DNA of 64,000 nucleotides from assembly GCA_012295275.1 (NCBI GenBank), contig CM022675.1:1984001-2048000 (forward strand). The letters are read 5' to 3'. This stretch comes from Chrysomallon squamiferum. Lineage: Eukaryota; Animalia; Mollusca. Under the pieces are notes generated by a model that had not been told where the DNA came from, ran no database searches, and saw only the letters and a list, made by a program, of their open reading frames with translations. Shown here piece by piece: positions 49,881 through 64,000 of this stretch; position 1 is the stretch's first letter; each line of letters begins with the position of its first letter. A program made the translations under genes and the position numbers.

Positions 49881-50530
49881 GTAATAGTAATAACAGGAAA
49901 CACAACAACATGAACAAATAATAACCAAAAAATGGTAATACAAATACGAATCTATCACAATTAAAGTAATCGGCGTTGGACAAACGAAAGTAAAAAAAAT
50001 AATAATTGAATTCTAAATTGATGTTTCAGCTCTATTTTGCTTTTAATATTTCGTATGTTTTGATTCCTTTAAACATTATCATAAGGCATATTGAAAAGTT
50101 TAAATTTATAGAACATTCCCAAGCCCAGAAACCCCATAAAAAAGAAAACAAATGAGAAAACAATAAATAATGATAAGCACCAAGAGCAAAAGAGTGAGGT
50201 AATTTGTTTTCTTACATATAATAATGTAATAATTATATGTACATCAGATAGCATCCAAGTAACATTTATAGCTTATGAAAGAAAACACATAACATGGAAA
50301 TCATTCCTAAAAGCATTTATTAAAAGTAATGGAAATATAATTAAATATAAAATAATCATAGTTATAATCATAAATATACAAAAAAACAATATAAATATAA
50401 AAATGTTTCGAATTATACAGATGCAAGCTTTATTAGCAGCAGAAGAAGCATGAAAATTAAGTAATACTAATACCACTACTAATATAATAACAATAATAAT
50501 AACAATAATAACAACAATAATAAAAATAAA

Positions 50531-50582
<52 letters not shown>

Positions 50583-51028
50583 TAATAGTAAAATATAAAT
50601 GAACAGGTAAACTCACGAACAAAAATCAACAATTAAAACTAACAAATTAATACAGAAGCAACTGAAGGAAAAAGTAAATCATGAAAAATAGCAGAAATAT
50701 CAAAAGTCGATGTAACTGAAAATTAGATCTGAACATTCTGAGTGTGTGTGTATTGCCATTCAAAGAAACAGTCACAGCAATAATCACTCTCCTTTAAGCG
50801 ACTCCCTCAACCAGTGAAAGTTAACTGCAAGCAAACTTAATAAAATAATAATAATAATAAAAAACAACAATCACTAGAGAAACAAGCAAATAAATCAAAG
50901 AAAATAGCGAAAACACTTATACAATAAAGAAATCGTGATAATTACAAACACATCTACCAGTTTGCGTTTACAATAACATGAACTATTTATCAGGTTAATT
51001 GAATTTGATGTCCGTTGACATTTTGCTT

Positions 51029-51557
51029 TTACTGATAGGACTTTTTCTTCTTCAGGAAGACGATCACCACAATCCCAATGACAAGTAAGAAGAAGATCAC
51101 CATGACAACGCTCAGAACAATCAAAATCGTCTCGTTGACATTAACTTGATCAGATCCATGTTTTTCACCAGATGCATGTGAGATACCTAGAATGTAGAAC
51201 GTTTTTAAATGTCAGATGTTTTTTTTTCTTTCATGTAACTAATATGCGATAAGGAAAGTCTGCATTGAACTGTTAACTTAATTTGACAAAACTATAACTA
51301 TGACAACAAATTAATGAAACAAATCAATATAAGATGTCTAAGATAAACTCACTTGATGTTCGATCTTCATTCATCAGGTTCAGGACAGTAAATGTTTTTC
51401 TGACACGTTCATCAGATGTTTCAGCAGATCTTCGTTTTCTTCCAAATCCTTTCTTGCCATTGCAGTCCACCTAAGATTGAAAGTTTGTTTATTTATATTT
51501 TTAGATATTTACAACCTACTTTCTTACTTACTGGTCGGCTGTGTGGATTAAACTGTA

Positions 51558-51641
<84 letters not shown>

Positions 51642-52708
51642 GTACTACTAATACTTATAGTGTGAAAATTAAAATTAAAATGACAATCAAATAAAAAAGA
51701 GTAAAAATAAATTTAAAAGAATGCAAGAAACATTTCATTGTTTCTTTTTCTATACAGTCATTTTAATGTAAGGATGTTTTACATATTATTCAGGAATGAT
51801 AAAAAGAAAAATGATAAGCAAGTTAGCGGCTTAATATTTAAATATATTCATTCTTTCTCATAAGATTTTACCCATTTCAAACTATGAAACATTTAAATAT
51901 ATTCCAAATATTTTTTTCACTAACAGTGGCATTGTGTAATTGTTTATTGTTAATTGTTTTGCGGCACTTTTCTCTCCGTTATTTCACCTATTAATTTAAA
52001 TACGATTTATCATTCATTGTCTTTTTGTCATATTAAAGCCTCAAACAGATTTGCATTTCAGGGGATAAAATTTGCTATTTTTGACATTGTTCTTTACCAT
52101 TATAATAATAAGCAATCGCTTCATCTTTTTTTTTTTATAATAACTGCAATTAGTATTATTTAAGAATGTGACAATTGTCTTCACTTTTAATACTAGGCAT
52201 CACTGAGACAACATCACTCTCTGAAGTAAAAATGTTTAGCTGACAAAATAAAACACATAAAATAAAGTGATCTAAATCAAATGTAAAAGTGTGCACACAA
52301 ATGTCAAAACTTACTGAGGCACACAGAGAGATTTGATCTGGAGGACAAATTTTGACAGAACATTCTGTAGAGACTGCGTTGTTTTTGTTAAAGGTGAAAG
52401 CTTTCAACTTGAATGTGACCTTGTTTCCTGATCTTTTAGGCTCCTGTATCATCAGTTTACCGATCTCAGACGATGGACAGCTGAATAAATAAAGATTATA
52501 AGATAAAATAGCATTTCTCTTTAGTTTTCTAAATCTGAATCAACTCTAGGTGTTTCAGTTATGAGAAGTTATAAAGCTAGGTTGTTTATCACGAGGTCAC
52601 TAATGTATGTAAAATATATTTATTTAAATCTAGAATGTATCTGATTGTTGAAGTGTAAAATAATTAAATCCATTTATACTACGACTACAAATAATAATAA
52701 TAATGATA

Positions 52709-52773
<65 letters not shown>

Positions 52774-52994
52774 TTTATTATTATTATTATTATTATCATT
52801 AGTAGTAGTAGTATTTTTTTTACATACATATATAGATATATGAAAATTAAAAATACAAAAATAATAATAATAATGGTAAAAATATAAAATAAAATAAAAT
52901 AAAATAATAACAACAACAATAACACCACCAGTAATAATAATAATACTATTAATAATACTTATACTACTTCTAATAATAATAAATATATATATAA

Positions 52995-53037
<43 letters not shown>

Positions 53038-53351
53038 TAATGAAGACACTCAGAATTTCCTAGTGGTAGTCGGAAGCAACCACAAATCCACATTCTAGAC
53101 ATTAGTGCTACATAAATATAAGTACATAAAAAACGGTTGAAAATAAAATATTACCTGTTTTCAATGATTTTCAAAGTTTCACTGTCTTCTCCAGTTTTCT
53201 GATTATCAGCAGTGCATGATTCCACCCTGAGAGTTCCTGATTCTAGCTCTGTTGAAAATATTACAATATTTGTTTTGCTATTTGAAGCCAAATTATATTC
53301 TTTGCTAGGAGTTTTAATGAAGATTATGCTAATATGTGGAAATTAAATGTC

Positions 53352-53416
<65 letters not shown>

Positions 53417-53611
53417 TAACAAATAAAATGCAACAAAATAACCTGTATAACTTCAAATAAGTTAAGAATAATTAAAAGCGTGAAAGAGAATAACTAATCA
53501 TAATAACAAGAGATATTTTGCTTAATGTTCGGCTATAGTACTATCATTACTAATCGTAGTTGTAGTCGTAGTAGTAGTAGTAATAACATAAGTATTGTAT
53601 TTATTGTTTTT

Positions 53612-53688
<77 letters not shown>

Positions 53689-54190
53689 TTTACACTTAAT
53701 ATTTTATTTTCAACACTGGTGAAATTAACATATAGGTATTTCGAAAAAACTAAAATAATAAATAATAATAATAAAAAATAACTAAATAAGATAATACTAC
53801 TATTAACTACTATTACTACTACTACTACTACTACCACTACTAATAGTAATAGTAATAATAATAATATGAATATGAATAATAAGAAACAAATGATGGATGC
53901 TCATGTGTTTAAAACACATAGATTTTTTGAGACGTGAACTTTTTTCAGCTGATTTCGTAGAGTGGGCGCGCAGCTGATAAAGAAATAAAGTGTTAATTTG
54001 TTTCATACTAATAGTTCAAATGGTAGGTTAGCAAAACTACTATTAGTATTAGTCGTAGTCCTAGTCCTAGTAGTAGTAGTTGTATTAGTAGTAGTAGTTG
54101 TAGTAGTAGCAACATAATTCTTGTATTTATTGTACTTGCTATTGTTTATTCATTGATTAATTAATTAATTAGTTTATGCATTTATTTATC

Positions 54191-54230
<40 letters not shown>

Positions 54231-54247
54231 CATCATCATTATTATTG

Positions 54248-54313
<66 letters not shown>

Positions 54314-57143
54314 GTATTAGTATTATTTTGTGCTCATGGAATCCAGTAGTTGCGCGAAAAGAGAAATGACAGATATTTAGTCCAAAAAAGATTATTAAAT
54401 TGATTTATAATTTTAATGTTTCATTCTTATATTTCGTAAATAATAATATTATGAACTAGAGTTATAACAAACAAGAAAAAAAATAGTAAAAATAGAAACG
54501 TAATGATCAGCACTTGCTTCGTGATACCTGCACATTTGATGCTAGCATCTTGTCCATGGTTACAATGAAAGTTTCCCCATTGAAAATTGCACTGCTCAAG
54601 ACTTGTTTCATTTCCCAAACAGTGAATATCACGCAGAAAGATAGGTCCTGATCCTTCACCAAAATGGGAAGTACCAATAGCTGTTGCGTTTGAACTGCAA
54701 AACATGGGGTATCATTACATGCATAATACTCGTTTTCATGAACTTTACAGTGCTGTAGTAAAGAGCTGCTACAGTAATCGTGATTAATGACTTACATAAT
54801 CTGAACAAGTATTCTATAGTAAACAACTATCATAATGATCATTATTACTAACGTACCGTGGCAACTGTTATAATTATCATCATTAATAATTTCGAAACGA
54901 ACGAGACAATTATAATGAAATAATATAAAAATAAAATAAGTAGGCTGTTAATGATAGTCAATAAGTTATTCAGTGAAAGATAGATTTCTAAAACAAAGAG
55001 TATTATTAATAATTTTGTAAGCAGCCGTTATAATAATCAGTTATAATAATCAGTATCAATAACGTACTTAATAAAACAAAACACTCTCCGGTAAAATAGT
55101 AATCATTAACAACTTACTTAGTGAAACCGAACATTCTGTAATAAACATCTGTTAAAATAATCATTTTTAATAAATTACTTAGTGAAACCCAGCATTCTGC
55201 AGTAAACAGCTGTTATAATAATCATTATTAATAACTTACTTAGTGAAACCCAGCATTCTGCAGTAAGAATCTGTTATAATAACTGTTATTAATAACTTAC
55301 TTAGTAAAACCCAGCATTCTGCAGTAAACAGCTGCGTTGTAATCAGTATGATATTTATCACAGACTGTGCCCCACATTCCAAGATATTTAATCTCTACTC
55401 GACCTTCTCGTTTTGAACTGCCTCCAACCAGACGAATCTCAATTTCTGCTTTTTCATCTGCAGTAAGAAAAAAATACTATAACGAACTAAATTTTCTTAT
55501 AACACATACAGACAATTTTTTCATTTAAATTTGATCATACTACTTTTTTTAAGACAATGAATGTTATTCTCCACAGAAGAAATGATTAAACATGTGGTAC
55601 ATTACCTGAACACAGCAGCGCTGTGTACTTCTCATGATCGTTGTGATTACTATATTGAAAGAAGCATTCATTAATGTTCTTTTCCAGTCCTGAACAATAC
55701 ACACGTGATGTCCAAATTTTGTTGTTGCTTGACTTCAGATTATGCTCATTTTCACTCAGTAATATTGCTTTATAACTTCTTTAAATAAATATACAAAAAA
55801 TACATCATTTTGTATACAGTAATACTACTACTACAACAACAACTACTACTACTACTACTACTACTACTGCTGCTGCTACAATTATTATTATTATTAATAT
55901 TATTATCATCATCTTCATAATCATCATCATCATTATTATTAGCTTTATTAGTATTAGTACATGGTTTCAAGTGATATTTATCTGTCTTATTAGTACACTC
56001 TGTTTTTACTTACTCGTTAAAGCCAAGTGTTCTACACAAAACTCTAGCAACTGATGGAGAAGCGTCAGCATTATTCATTCTGCCCCACTCATTGTTTATT
56101 TTCACTTCAACGACACCGTAGTTACTGTCTGGACCACCAACTAGTCGTAGCTCAATGTCTGATATGTCCACTAGAAAATAAACATAAACATAATTTTTGA
56201 AAACATCTTTCCAAATAAATTTCATTTTATTTATTTATTTATGTATTTATTTATTTTTCTTTATATAGGTTTCATATATATACAAACAAACAGCGTTTTT
56301 CTTTTACTTATTATTATTATTTTTATTTTATTTTTTTATTTTGGCGTCTGCTGTGAACAACTGCTCTGTTATAATACGTGTTTAATCTGTAGTGCCTGAA
56401 CTTGACAATGTGAGAGGACGATAAAAAACATATAACAACATTAAGTTTTGTTCTATTCTAAATTGTTTTCTCTGTATAAGTCGCTAGTGCTATTTGATAA
56501 ACATTGGACAATACACGAAACTGATAGTTTTAACATTAATACCTGAACACTTAATATACAGAAATTTGCATTCACTCTCTTCATTCCGAAGTCTGAGAAT
56601 AGACAAATGCAGAGCAGGTTCATAACCAGCACTGATAACCTCATACTTCCATTTATTTCCAGTGACTGTTTCACCAGGATGACTTTCTTCTACTCTGTGA
56701 AGAAACACACGCAAAATCAAATTCAAAATAAAACATTATTAAAAAAGTATCTTAGTGGAACGACAGTGTGCATATTAAGAGAAGCAAACGTTGCTGAAAA
56801 AAATCATACATAATAAAAATTAAAACAAAAAGGAAAAACATAATAGTGCATGTCGTTTATTCAATACACAGTCTGAAAACAAATATCAGAGTATCATAAG
56901 AAATCTGAATTTAACAAATCATAGTTGTGATTAGAAATGCTAAAATTTATATCAATTTCCTATGTATATTTAAACATGTGTGTATGTGGTTTTGTTTATG
57001 ATAGCATTACTATTACTACTCTACTACTGCTAATGATAATACCACTAATTATTATTATTATTATTATTATTATTACTACTATTACTAAAAATATATGTGT
57101 TTTAAGTATATAAGCACCCATCATTTATTTCTCATTATTCATA

Positions 57144-57183
<40 letters not shown>

Positions 57184-58556
57184 AATTTAACGTTTGAGTT
57201 TAAAAAGACTTACTAACTTTGTATAACCCAGTTGTCGGCACACAACGTCAGCGTTGTTTTCCTCATAGTACTTTGTGTTACACACTGAATTCCATTTGTC
57301 ATCATCAAATACTTGAAGATGTCCTTCTTCTTTGCTGTTTCCACCCACCAGTTTCAGTTTGTATGGTGTAGGATTTTCTGTTACAGTGGAACAAAACACA
57401 AATTTTAATCTTCATAACTGAGAGAAACTGTTTGTGATATGTTTTCAGATATTAACAACAACCACAACAACAATTATCATGATGGTGATCATAATCATAA
57501 CGATGATGATGACTATGATGATGATGATGATATTTCTTTACCGTCACATATCAATCCATTATCATATCCAGGGCAGTCACCACAGTCATAAAAATCCCAG
57601 GTATAGCAATTATCTACATTCGTTTCAAATCCAATACACACCAATTCACTGACCCAAATTGGTCCAGTTCCTTCTGGGAAGAAACCTTTACCACGTCGCA
57701 TACCAAACGCACTGTTGGGTAGAAACTTAATTGTAACAGCAGTGATAACACACACGTATACACGATATTGTTTTTATATATTTGTTAATTCATTTAGTTA
57801 TTTACTTTTATTTTATTTTTATTGTTATTATTTCTTTAAATACTTTAAATACGTATACACACAACATTCTTTATTTTATGTCTTTCTACTTCGATGTTAT
57901 ATACATAGCACCGTTGACACAGTTTTATTTTTTCAAGATTATTTTATATTTTTTCATTTAGAAATTTTCATTTAATACTGTAAAATACTGAAATATAGGA
58001 AAAATCAGAACTATTTGTTATTGACTTACTTGTTGAAGCCGAGAGTTCTACAAACCACAGTGGCACTGTAGTAGGAGAAATCGAAACCACGCAGTCTGCA
58101 CCATTCACCTTTATGCAAAACTTCTAATCGACCTTCTTTACTTGTGTTACCATCAACTAGACGAACTTTCACTTTATAATGAAATAGTAAATGATAATAA
58201 TAATTAAGAGGAACTGTTTATCAAAATGGGAAAGTCGACACTTTTATGACAAGTCTAAAGAATTAAACAATTCGCCAACATAAAGAGTAAATAATTAAAG
58301 TTTTAGTTATAATGTAGTACATATATATTACCTGGATCAATGTCGGCAATCTTAGCTGGTACCTCTGCTATCAAATCCGAGAATATAAAAAATAAAAATA
58401 AAAAATACTAAAAATAGATAAATGAGTAAGTAAGTAATAACATCTTATATGTGTGTGTGCTAAAGCGCAAAAACCGCCCACAAAAAACATGTGTGTGTAT
58501 ATATATATATAATAACATCCTATGGTGACAAGAAACCGGAATTAATTATTGACTGC

Positions 58557-58595
<39 letters not shown>

Positions 58596-59216
58596 ATAAA
58601 ATATGAGGAAAAAAAAGCTCCATTTTCATACTTGTAATAAACTCAAATGTAAGTTCTTCGTCTAAAGATACAGCTGCTGATTCTGAAACTGAAGACCCGT
58701 CTTTGAGGTTGATGTTGAACTGAATAAGCGAGGAGTCTATTGAGTTAACTGTGTTTGTGATGTTCAGTCTGTTTCTGCAGGAAAACATGAATACATATTT
58801 ACGTATATATCTTTGTCTGTATTATATTTATTTATCTATTTTTCTATATATCTGTCTATATATCTATCTGTCTATCTCTATGTATGTATGTATCTGCATA
58901 TCTCTGTATCTATCTATGTATCTGAATATCTGTGTATATATCTGTATGTCTATCTATCTATCTATCTCTTAGTATATATCTTTGTGTGTCTATTTTGTGT
59001 ATGATGTATACATATTCACAAGATTCACTATATCATTGTCTCATATTTGTAATGAAATTTTGATAGTTGACTTGAAATCTGTGTATGGCCAAATATCATA
59101 AATTGTAAAGTATCAGCTGCTTAGTAACTTTTAACAAAGTCAGTTATCTGCTAAAGGCTTTCCAAGAAATAAATCAGGTACATAAATAAAACTAAGTTAT
59201 GATAGAATAATCAGTA

Positions 59217-59258
<42 letters not shown>

Positions 59259-60162
59259 GTAATCGTATTAATAATAATAGTAATAATAATAATAGTAACA
59301 ATAATAATGGTAACGATAATAATAATTATAACTAACCTGTCAGTTTCTTTGCTTGTTATCACTTTGGAGACAGTCACGATTGTATAATCTTTGTTTTTTT
59401 CACTACAAGTGACAGTGACTTTTATGTCGAGGTTTGTCATATACTTTTCACTGAACTGAATGATCACATCTCGAGTTCGATCTCCATTTACCTTAAGAAC
59501 GAACAACTACTGCACAAGTTATGTTTAATATCAGAGACAATAATATATATGTATATATATGCTATTTCATAATCCTACAATGAAACAAAACAATAAATCT
59601 ATTTTATTTTTAAAACAAAAATCATGTTACTAAATACATAAACAAAGTTCATAAAGAAACAACGTAAAAGAAAAATTAATAAAATTCAAAAACTAAATAA
59701 AAAAAAAAAAAAAAAAAAAGAAAAGAAGATACAAGGAACTAACCTCAGTTACCACTCCACAGTCAGTATAATTAACATTAAGAGCCACACCTTGCCTTCC
59801 CGAGGGTAGAATTGATGACGTGAATTTGCAACCTGGCGTATCTTTTTCACCTTTAGTATAGATGACACCACTGAATGTTCCAGCAGGATTAATCACAATC
59901 AACATAGAACTTTTCTGACAGGAAACTTCATCTATATAGAAATGCATTATTGTTTGTAAACAGTAATAATGATGATGTTCATGATATTAATTATAACAGT
60001 CACATTAATAATAGCAACAGCAACAACGAGAGTAAGAACAATAACAACAATAATAATAAAAGTAAATATAATAGCAATAGTAATACTAATACTACCACTA
60101 TTACTGCTACTAGTACCACTACTACTAAAAATAATAAAAAGAACAACAACAACAACAACAAC

Positions 60163-60199
<37 letters not shown>

Positions 60200-61631
60200 G
60201 TAAATTGGAAAGAAAGTGTATTCACCATCAAATGACAACGTTAAATTTCCTTTAGGATTTGTTTAGAATACGGCCGCATTTTGTGAAACCACATCATCAG
60301 TCTGAGTGTGTATTTACTGGCACAGTTTTTAGTCTGTTATAAAGATAAATATGACCTAACTATTGTTATGCATTTACTTATTTATTTACTTTATATTACT
60401 TTACTGGTAGGTGAATATAAAGTTAATAAGAATAAGAGTAAAGAAATAAATTCAATTTCAAGAAAAAACACAATTCCTATATATATATATATATACATAA
60501 ATACAGGCATACATACATACACTCACACATATAACTGGGTAAATGATTTTAATAAATGATAGCATTGACAATGGAATATCATCTACCGTTCATTAGTAGA
60601 TAAAACAGTGGTAGATATAAAGGTAGTATTTTGTTAAGTAGAATGAGTAACTCACATCTTTTGTTTTCACAGCTGTCACCATAGAAACCAGATGGACAGA
60701 AACACGCCTTGTTTCCATTATCATTGTAACAGATACCTCCATCAGAGCCACAAGAGTCAGTCTGACTGGTACACGGACTTGCTCCACTCAAACCTGAAAA
60801 CACAAATTAATAATCAGTAATAAAATAATAATATTAATAATAGAATTAAAAATCAAAAACAAATAATAATAAATCAATAAATCAATAAAAAGTAAAAAAG
60901 AAAACGAAATAGAAAAAGAAGGAAAGGAAAAGAAAGAAAAAAAATATATATTTGTGATTTTCTCTTTTAACAAAAATAACAAGCAAAACAACCACAACCG
61001 TTGTCTAACATGCTATAGAAAGGTTATCATTGATTATATTGTTTCTTAGGGTACCAAACATTTGATATATTAAAATTATAGAACAACTTTGATATAATAT
61101 CTCATTGGATACACTCAGTAAAGATTGGTGGCAGCTAGTTTGTTTATTTTGTTTTGTTTTGGTGTATTTCTTTCTGGTTGCACTCTCGTATAAAACATTT
61201 GATATAAAAAAATTATAAAACTCACTTTTCTGCAGCTCACAATTGTAGCCAGTGTAGTCATTTCCACAGTCACAGGTGCCGTCATTTTGACAAGTTTTAT
61301 TATTAGCACAATCCTGACCCTGTCGTCTGCAGTCGAAGTACTCTTCACCTGTAAACAACATTTTAACATATATCCTGGCCTACTTAATTAAATAGTAATA
61401 ATAGCAGCAGGAGTAGCAGTTAGTAATAGTAACTAAATAAGAAAAAGAATAAAACAAAATCGAAGATGAATATAAACAATGAAATCTGTAGTGTGCAATT
61501 TCTAATAAAGGAAAGAGCACATGCGAGCTATAGAACTGATACAGTCATCAATTCTTTTTTTCAAGATTTTGTATTTATTTATTTATTTATAGTCTTGTTT
61601 TCCTTTGGCGAAAACTTACTACTACTGTAAT

Positions 61632-61665
<34 letters not shown>

Positions 61666-61670
61666 GTAAT

Positions 61671-61704
<34 letters not shown>

Positions 61705-61709
61705 GTAAT

Positions 61710-61743
<34 letters not shown>

Positions 61744-61748
61744 GTAAT

Positions 61749-61788
<40 letters not shown>

Positions 61789-61811
61789 GTAACTACTACT
61801 ACTACTGTAAT

Positions 61812-61843
<32 letters not shown>

Positions 61844-62298
61844 ATAATAATAATATTTAAATTAATTTTATTAGAAACATTAATTTGATTTATTTGTTTA
61901 TAAATCGGATTTCACAATTTAAATTATCTGCTTTTATACCGAATTTCATTATTAAGTTACCTATTATTAAATCTTATTTCTCTATGGAAATTATCTATTT
62001 CTGAAATGAAAAAAAAAGAAAGAAAAAATACATTATCTATTTAAATTATATATTTTAATACAATTTCTCTCTTTGGATAATATATTTGTCTATTGTATAT
62101 AGTCAATGAAATTATCATGTTCTAATCCTATTTGACTATCTAAATTTAATAAATATATATGTTCCCTGTGTGAATTATCTATTTTCATATTTTCTTTATT
62201 TAATTAACGTAAAATATTTCTATAAAGAAACATAGAACAACGTTACCTAGACCAGTGGAACAACCTAGAAATATCAGATACACGAATGATATCCACAT
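51029..62298 (-). CDS. Copy C: paralog with the same architecture (about 882 aa), shortened cytoplasmic tail
   Basis: Exons: 62247-62298 (MWISFVYLIFLGCSTGLG), 61226-61348, 60656-60793, 59744-59931, 59337-59491, 58632-58774, 58332-58367 (ancestral acceptor mutated; in-frame TAG assumed), 58030-58171, 57542-57711, 57218-57377, 56543-56694, 56014-56170, 55606-55778, 55301-55457, 54528-54694, 53155-53248, 52315-52480, 51353-51470, 51029-51186 (KKKKSYQ*). Confidence 0.87.
54528..58376 (-). other. SRCR cassette of copy C
   Basis: Same exon layout and motifs (VRLVDGNTSKEGRLEV; HFGEGSGPIFLRDIHCLGNETSLEQC). Confidence 0.88.
55055..55334. repeat. About 61-bp tandem repeat of the SRCR4 exon-end/5' splice-site junction (copy C)
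   Basis: Same unit as 29755-30120; 3-4 extra copies. Confidence 0.92.
61615..61845. repeat. Compound microsatellite (TAC)n interrupted by TGTAAT with a period of about 39 bp
   Basis: tactgtaat(tac)~10 repeated about 6 times. Confidence 0.9.
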
Positions 62299-63373
62299 CT
62301 TTAATGTATACTGGAAAGAAAATTAGATAAATAAACAAATAATTAAATTAATTAATTAATTAATAATATTCAGCATCAGCCTTGATTGGAACCTGGACTC
62401 AAATAAAAATATCGCGATATTCCAGTACGTCTATGTGATAAATATGATTAAACAAACGTGTTTATCGTTATAGTTAAAAACAGACAGAGAAAAAATCTAT
62501 AAATAAATAAAACAAACTAAGATAAACTAATCGAGATTATAATAGAATATAAACAACAACAACAAGAACACAAAATCTATAAAAGTACATACATAAAATC
62601 AGAAGCAGATACAGCACATTAGATAGGGAAACAGATACATATATAGATGCATACACTGATACAATGTATGTAGATAGGTACGCATGTACATTATTAAGTA
62701 GAATCAGTATCGTCAACTACGATTAATATATATGTGTGTGTATGTCTGCGTGAGTGTCTGTTATATGTAGGTGCTTTAAAACAATTAAAGATGTGCTGTA
62801 AAACAGTAGAGAACTAACAAAACGATTAACCGTTCTGAAATACGCCAGTGACTGTCTGTTAACATCTTAGTAATAATTTGTTTTATCTTAATTTGTATTT
62901 GTTTTGTTTCTTTTCATGTAACATATCATCCAAAGCAAACGGTTACAAAATAAAGAGAAAATATTACATTGAATACATGTGTCATCAGAACACTCACACT
63001 AAAACTGTCACTAAATTTTGAATGTTTAATATCACTTAAATTCACATCCACTATGAGCTACAAACTAAAAGTTTTTTTTGATAACGTATTGATCAGCACC
63101 ATCTAAAAGGGAAGAGGGATATACTTATACCTCTATATACATACACACGTAAATACATACAAATATATGTGTGTGTTTGCGTGTGTGGATATAGAAAATA
63201 TATATACACACTCATCCACCCACCCACACACATACACACACACATACATACATACAAACATATATACAGAAACCTACACATATAAATACAACTTACACAA
63301 ATAAGAAATAGAACAAAAATTTAAATTAAAACAACAAAAAAAACAAATGTGTTAACCCTCGCAATGAACTAAC

Positions 63374-63554
63374 AGGTACACACAAAATCTCGCGCGAAGG
63401 CAGTTGACAGTTTCGCAAACTGACCGGTTGCAAAAATGCATATTTCAGTTGTATGTAATAGCTGGTATGGATACTGCTGAAGTGATAAAACCGGGTTGCA
63501 GTGATAAGAATATAGAGGAATCCTTAAATCTTAATTGTGTAGCATTTTTGTGTG
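63374..63554. mobile_element. Possible small MITE-like insertion in the first intron of copy C
   Basis: Absent from the homologous site in copy B (about 42815). Ends cacacaaaat (63379) and atttttgtgtg (63554) are short inverted repeats. Confidence 0.4.
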
Positions 63555-63789
63555 AAAGATAAAATAATTATTCTTGAAGGTAGTTTTTAAAATGATTTGT
63601 ATAAGTTTACAAATGTACATAGAGAAACACATATATTTATGTCTGTACAAATATATAGAAAGTATACAGAAGTATTTACTTACATAGTATACATACCAAT
63701 ATATTGAAAATGTGCACATATATTTATTGAAGTAGCAAACATAGAAATATGTAAAAATAGAAAGTGTACGCACAGACTGAGGTAGCATA

Positions 63790-64000
63790 GAAACAAACAC
63801 ATATTTTTAATGAAGTTATATACAAACAAACACACATATATTTTTAATGAAGTTACATATAAACAAACACATATATTATTAGTGAAGTTACATACACACA
63901 AACACACATATATTTTTAATGAAGTTACATATAAGCAAACAAACACATATATTTTTAATGAAGTTACATACACACACATATATTTTTAATGAATTTACAT
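63790..64000. repeat. About 40-bp minisatellite running off the window end
   Basis: acacatatatttttaatgaagttacata repeated at least 5 times; related degenerate units at 42900-43345. Confidence 0.85.

Noticed and set aside
63352-63372. TTAACCC as a piggyBac end
   Set aside because: It appears to align with ordinary paralogous intron sequence in copy B, and there is no matching GGGTTAA end.

Overview
AT-rich, microsatellite-dense eukaryotic DNA; the composition and the protein family suggest a mollusc, probably a cephalopod (inference). The window holds three tandem minus-strand paralogs spaced about 23-25 kb apart: copy A 2793-12711, copy B 25924-36156 and copy C 51029-62298. Each has 19 coding exons, which I assembled by hand from GT-AG boundaries. 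They encode type I membrane proteins of about 880-900 aa: signal peptide, 2 EGF (FDCRR-type, as in molluscan EGF-ZP proteins), ZP-N, the first strands of ZP-C, a linker plus 4 SRCR domains, the rest of ZP-C, an RKRR furin site, TM and a short basic tail. The main finding is that the SRCR cassette sits inside ZP-C as phase-1/phase-1 modules rather than N-terminal to the ZP module as in DMBT1-type proteins. SRCR1-3 are strongly divergent between paralogs, with paired cysteine gains and losses. Copy B has a 1-bp frameshift; copy C has a mutated splice acceptor and a shortened tail. Also present: arrays of duplicated splice donors, a 4.7-kb 43-bp satellite whose single monomer survives in the paralog, long inverted repeats bracketing copy A, and two pogo/Tigger fragments. 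Most entries in the ORF track are microsatellite artefacts.
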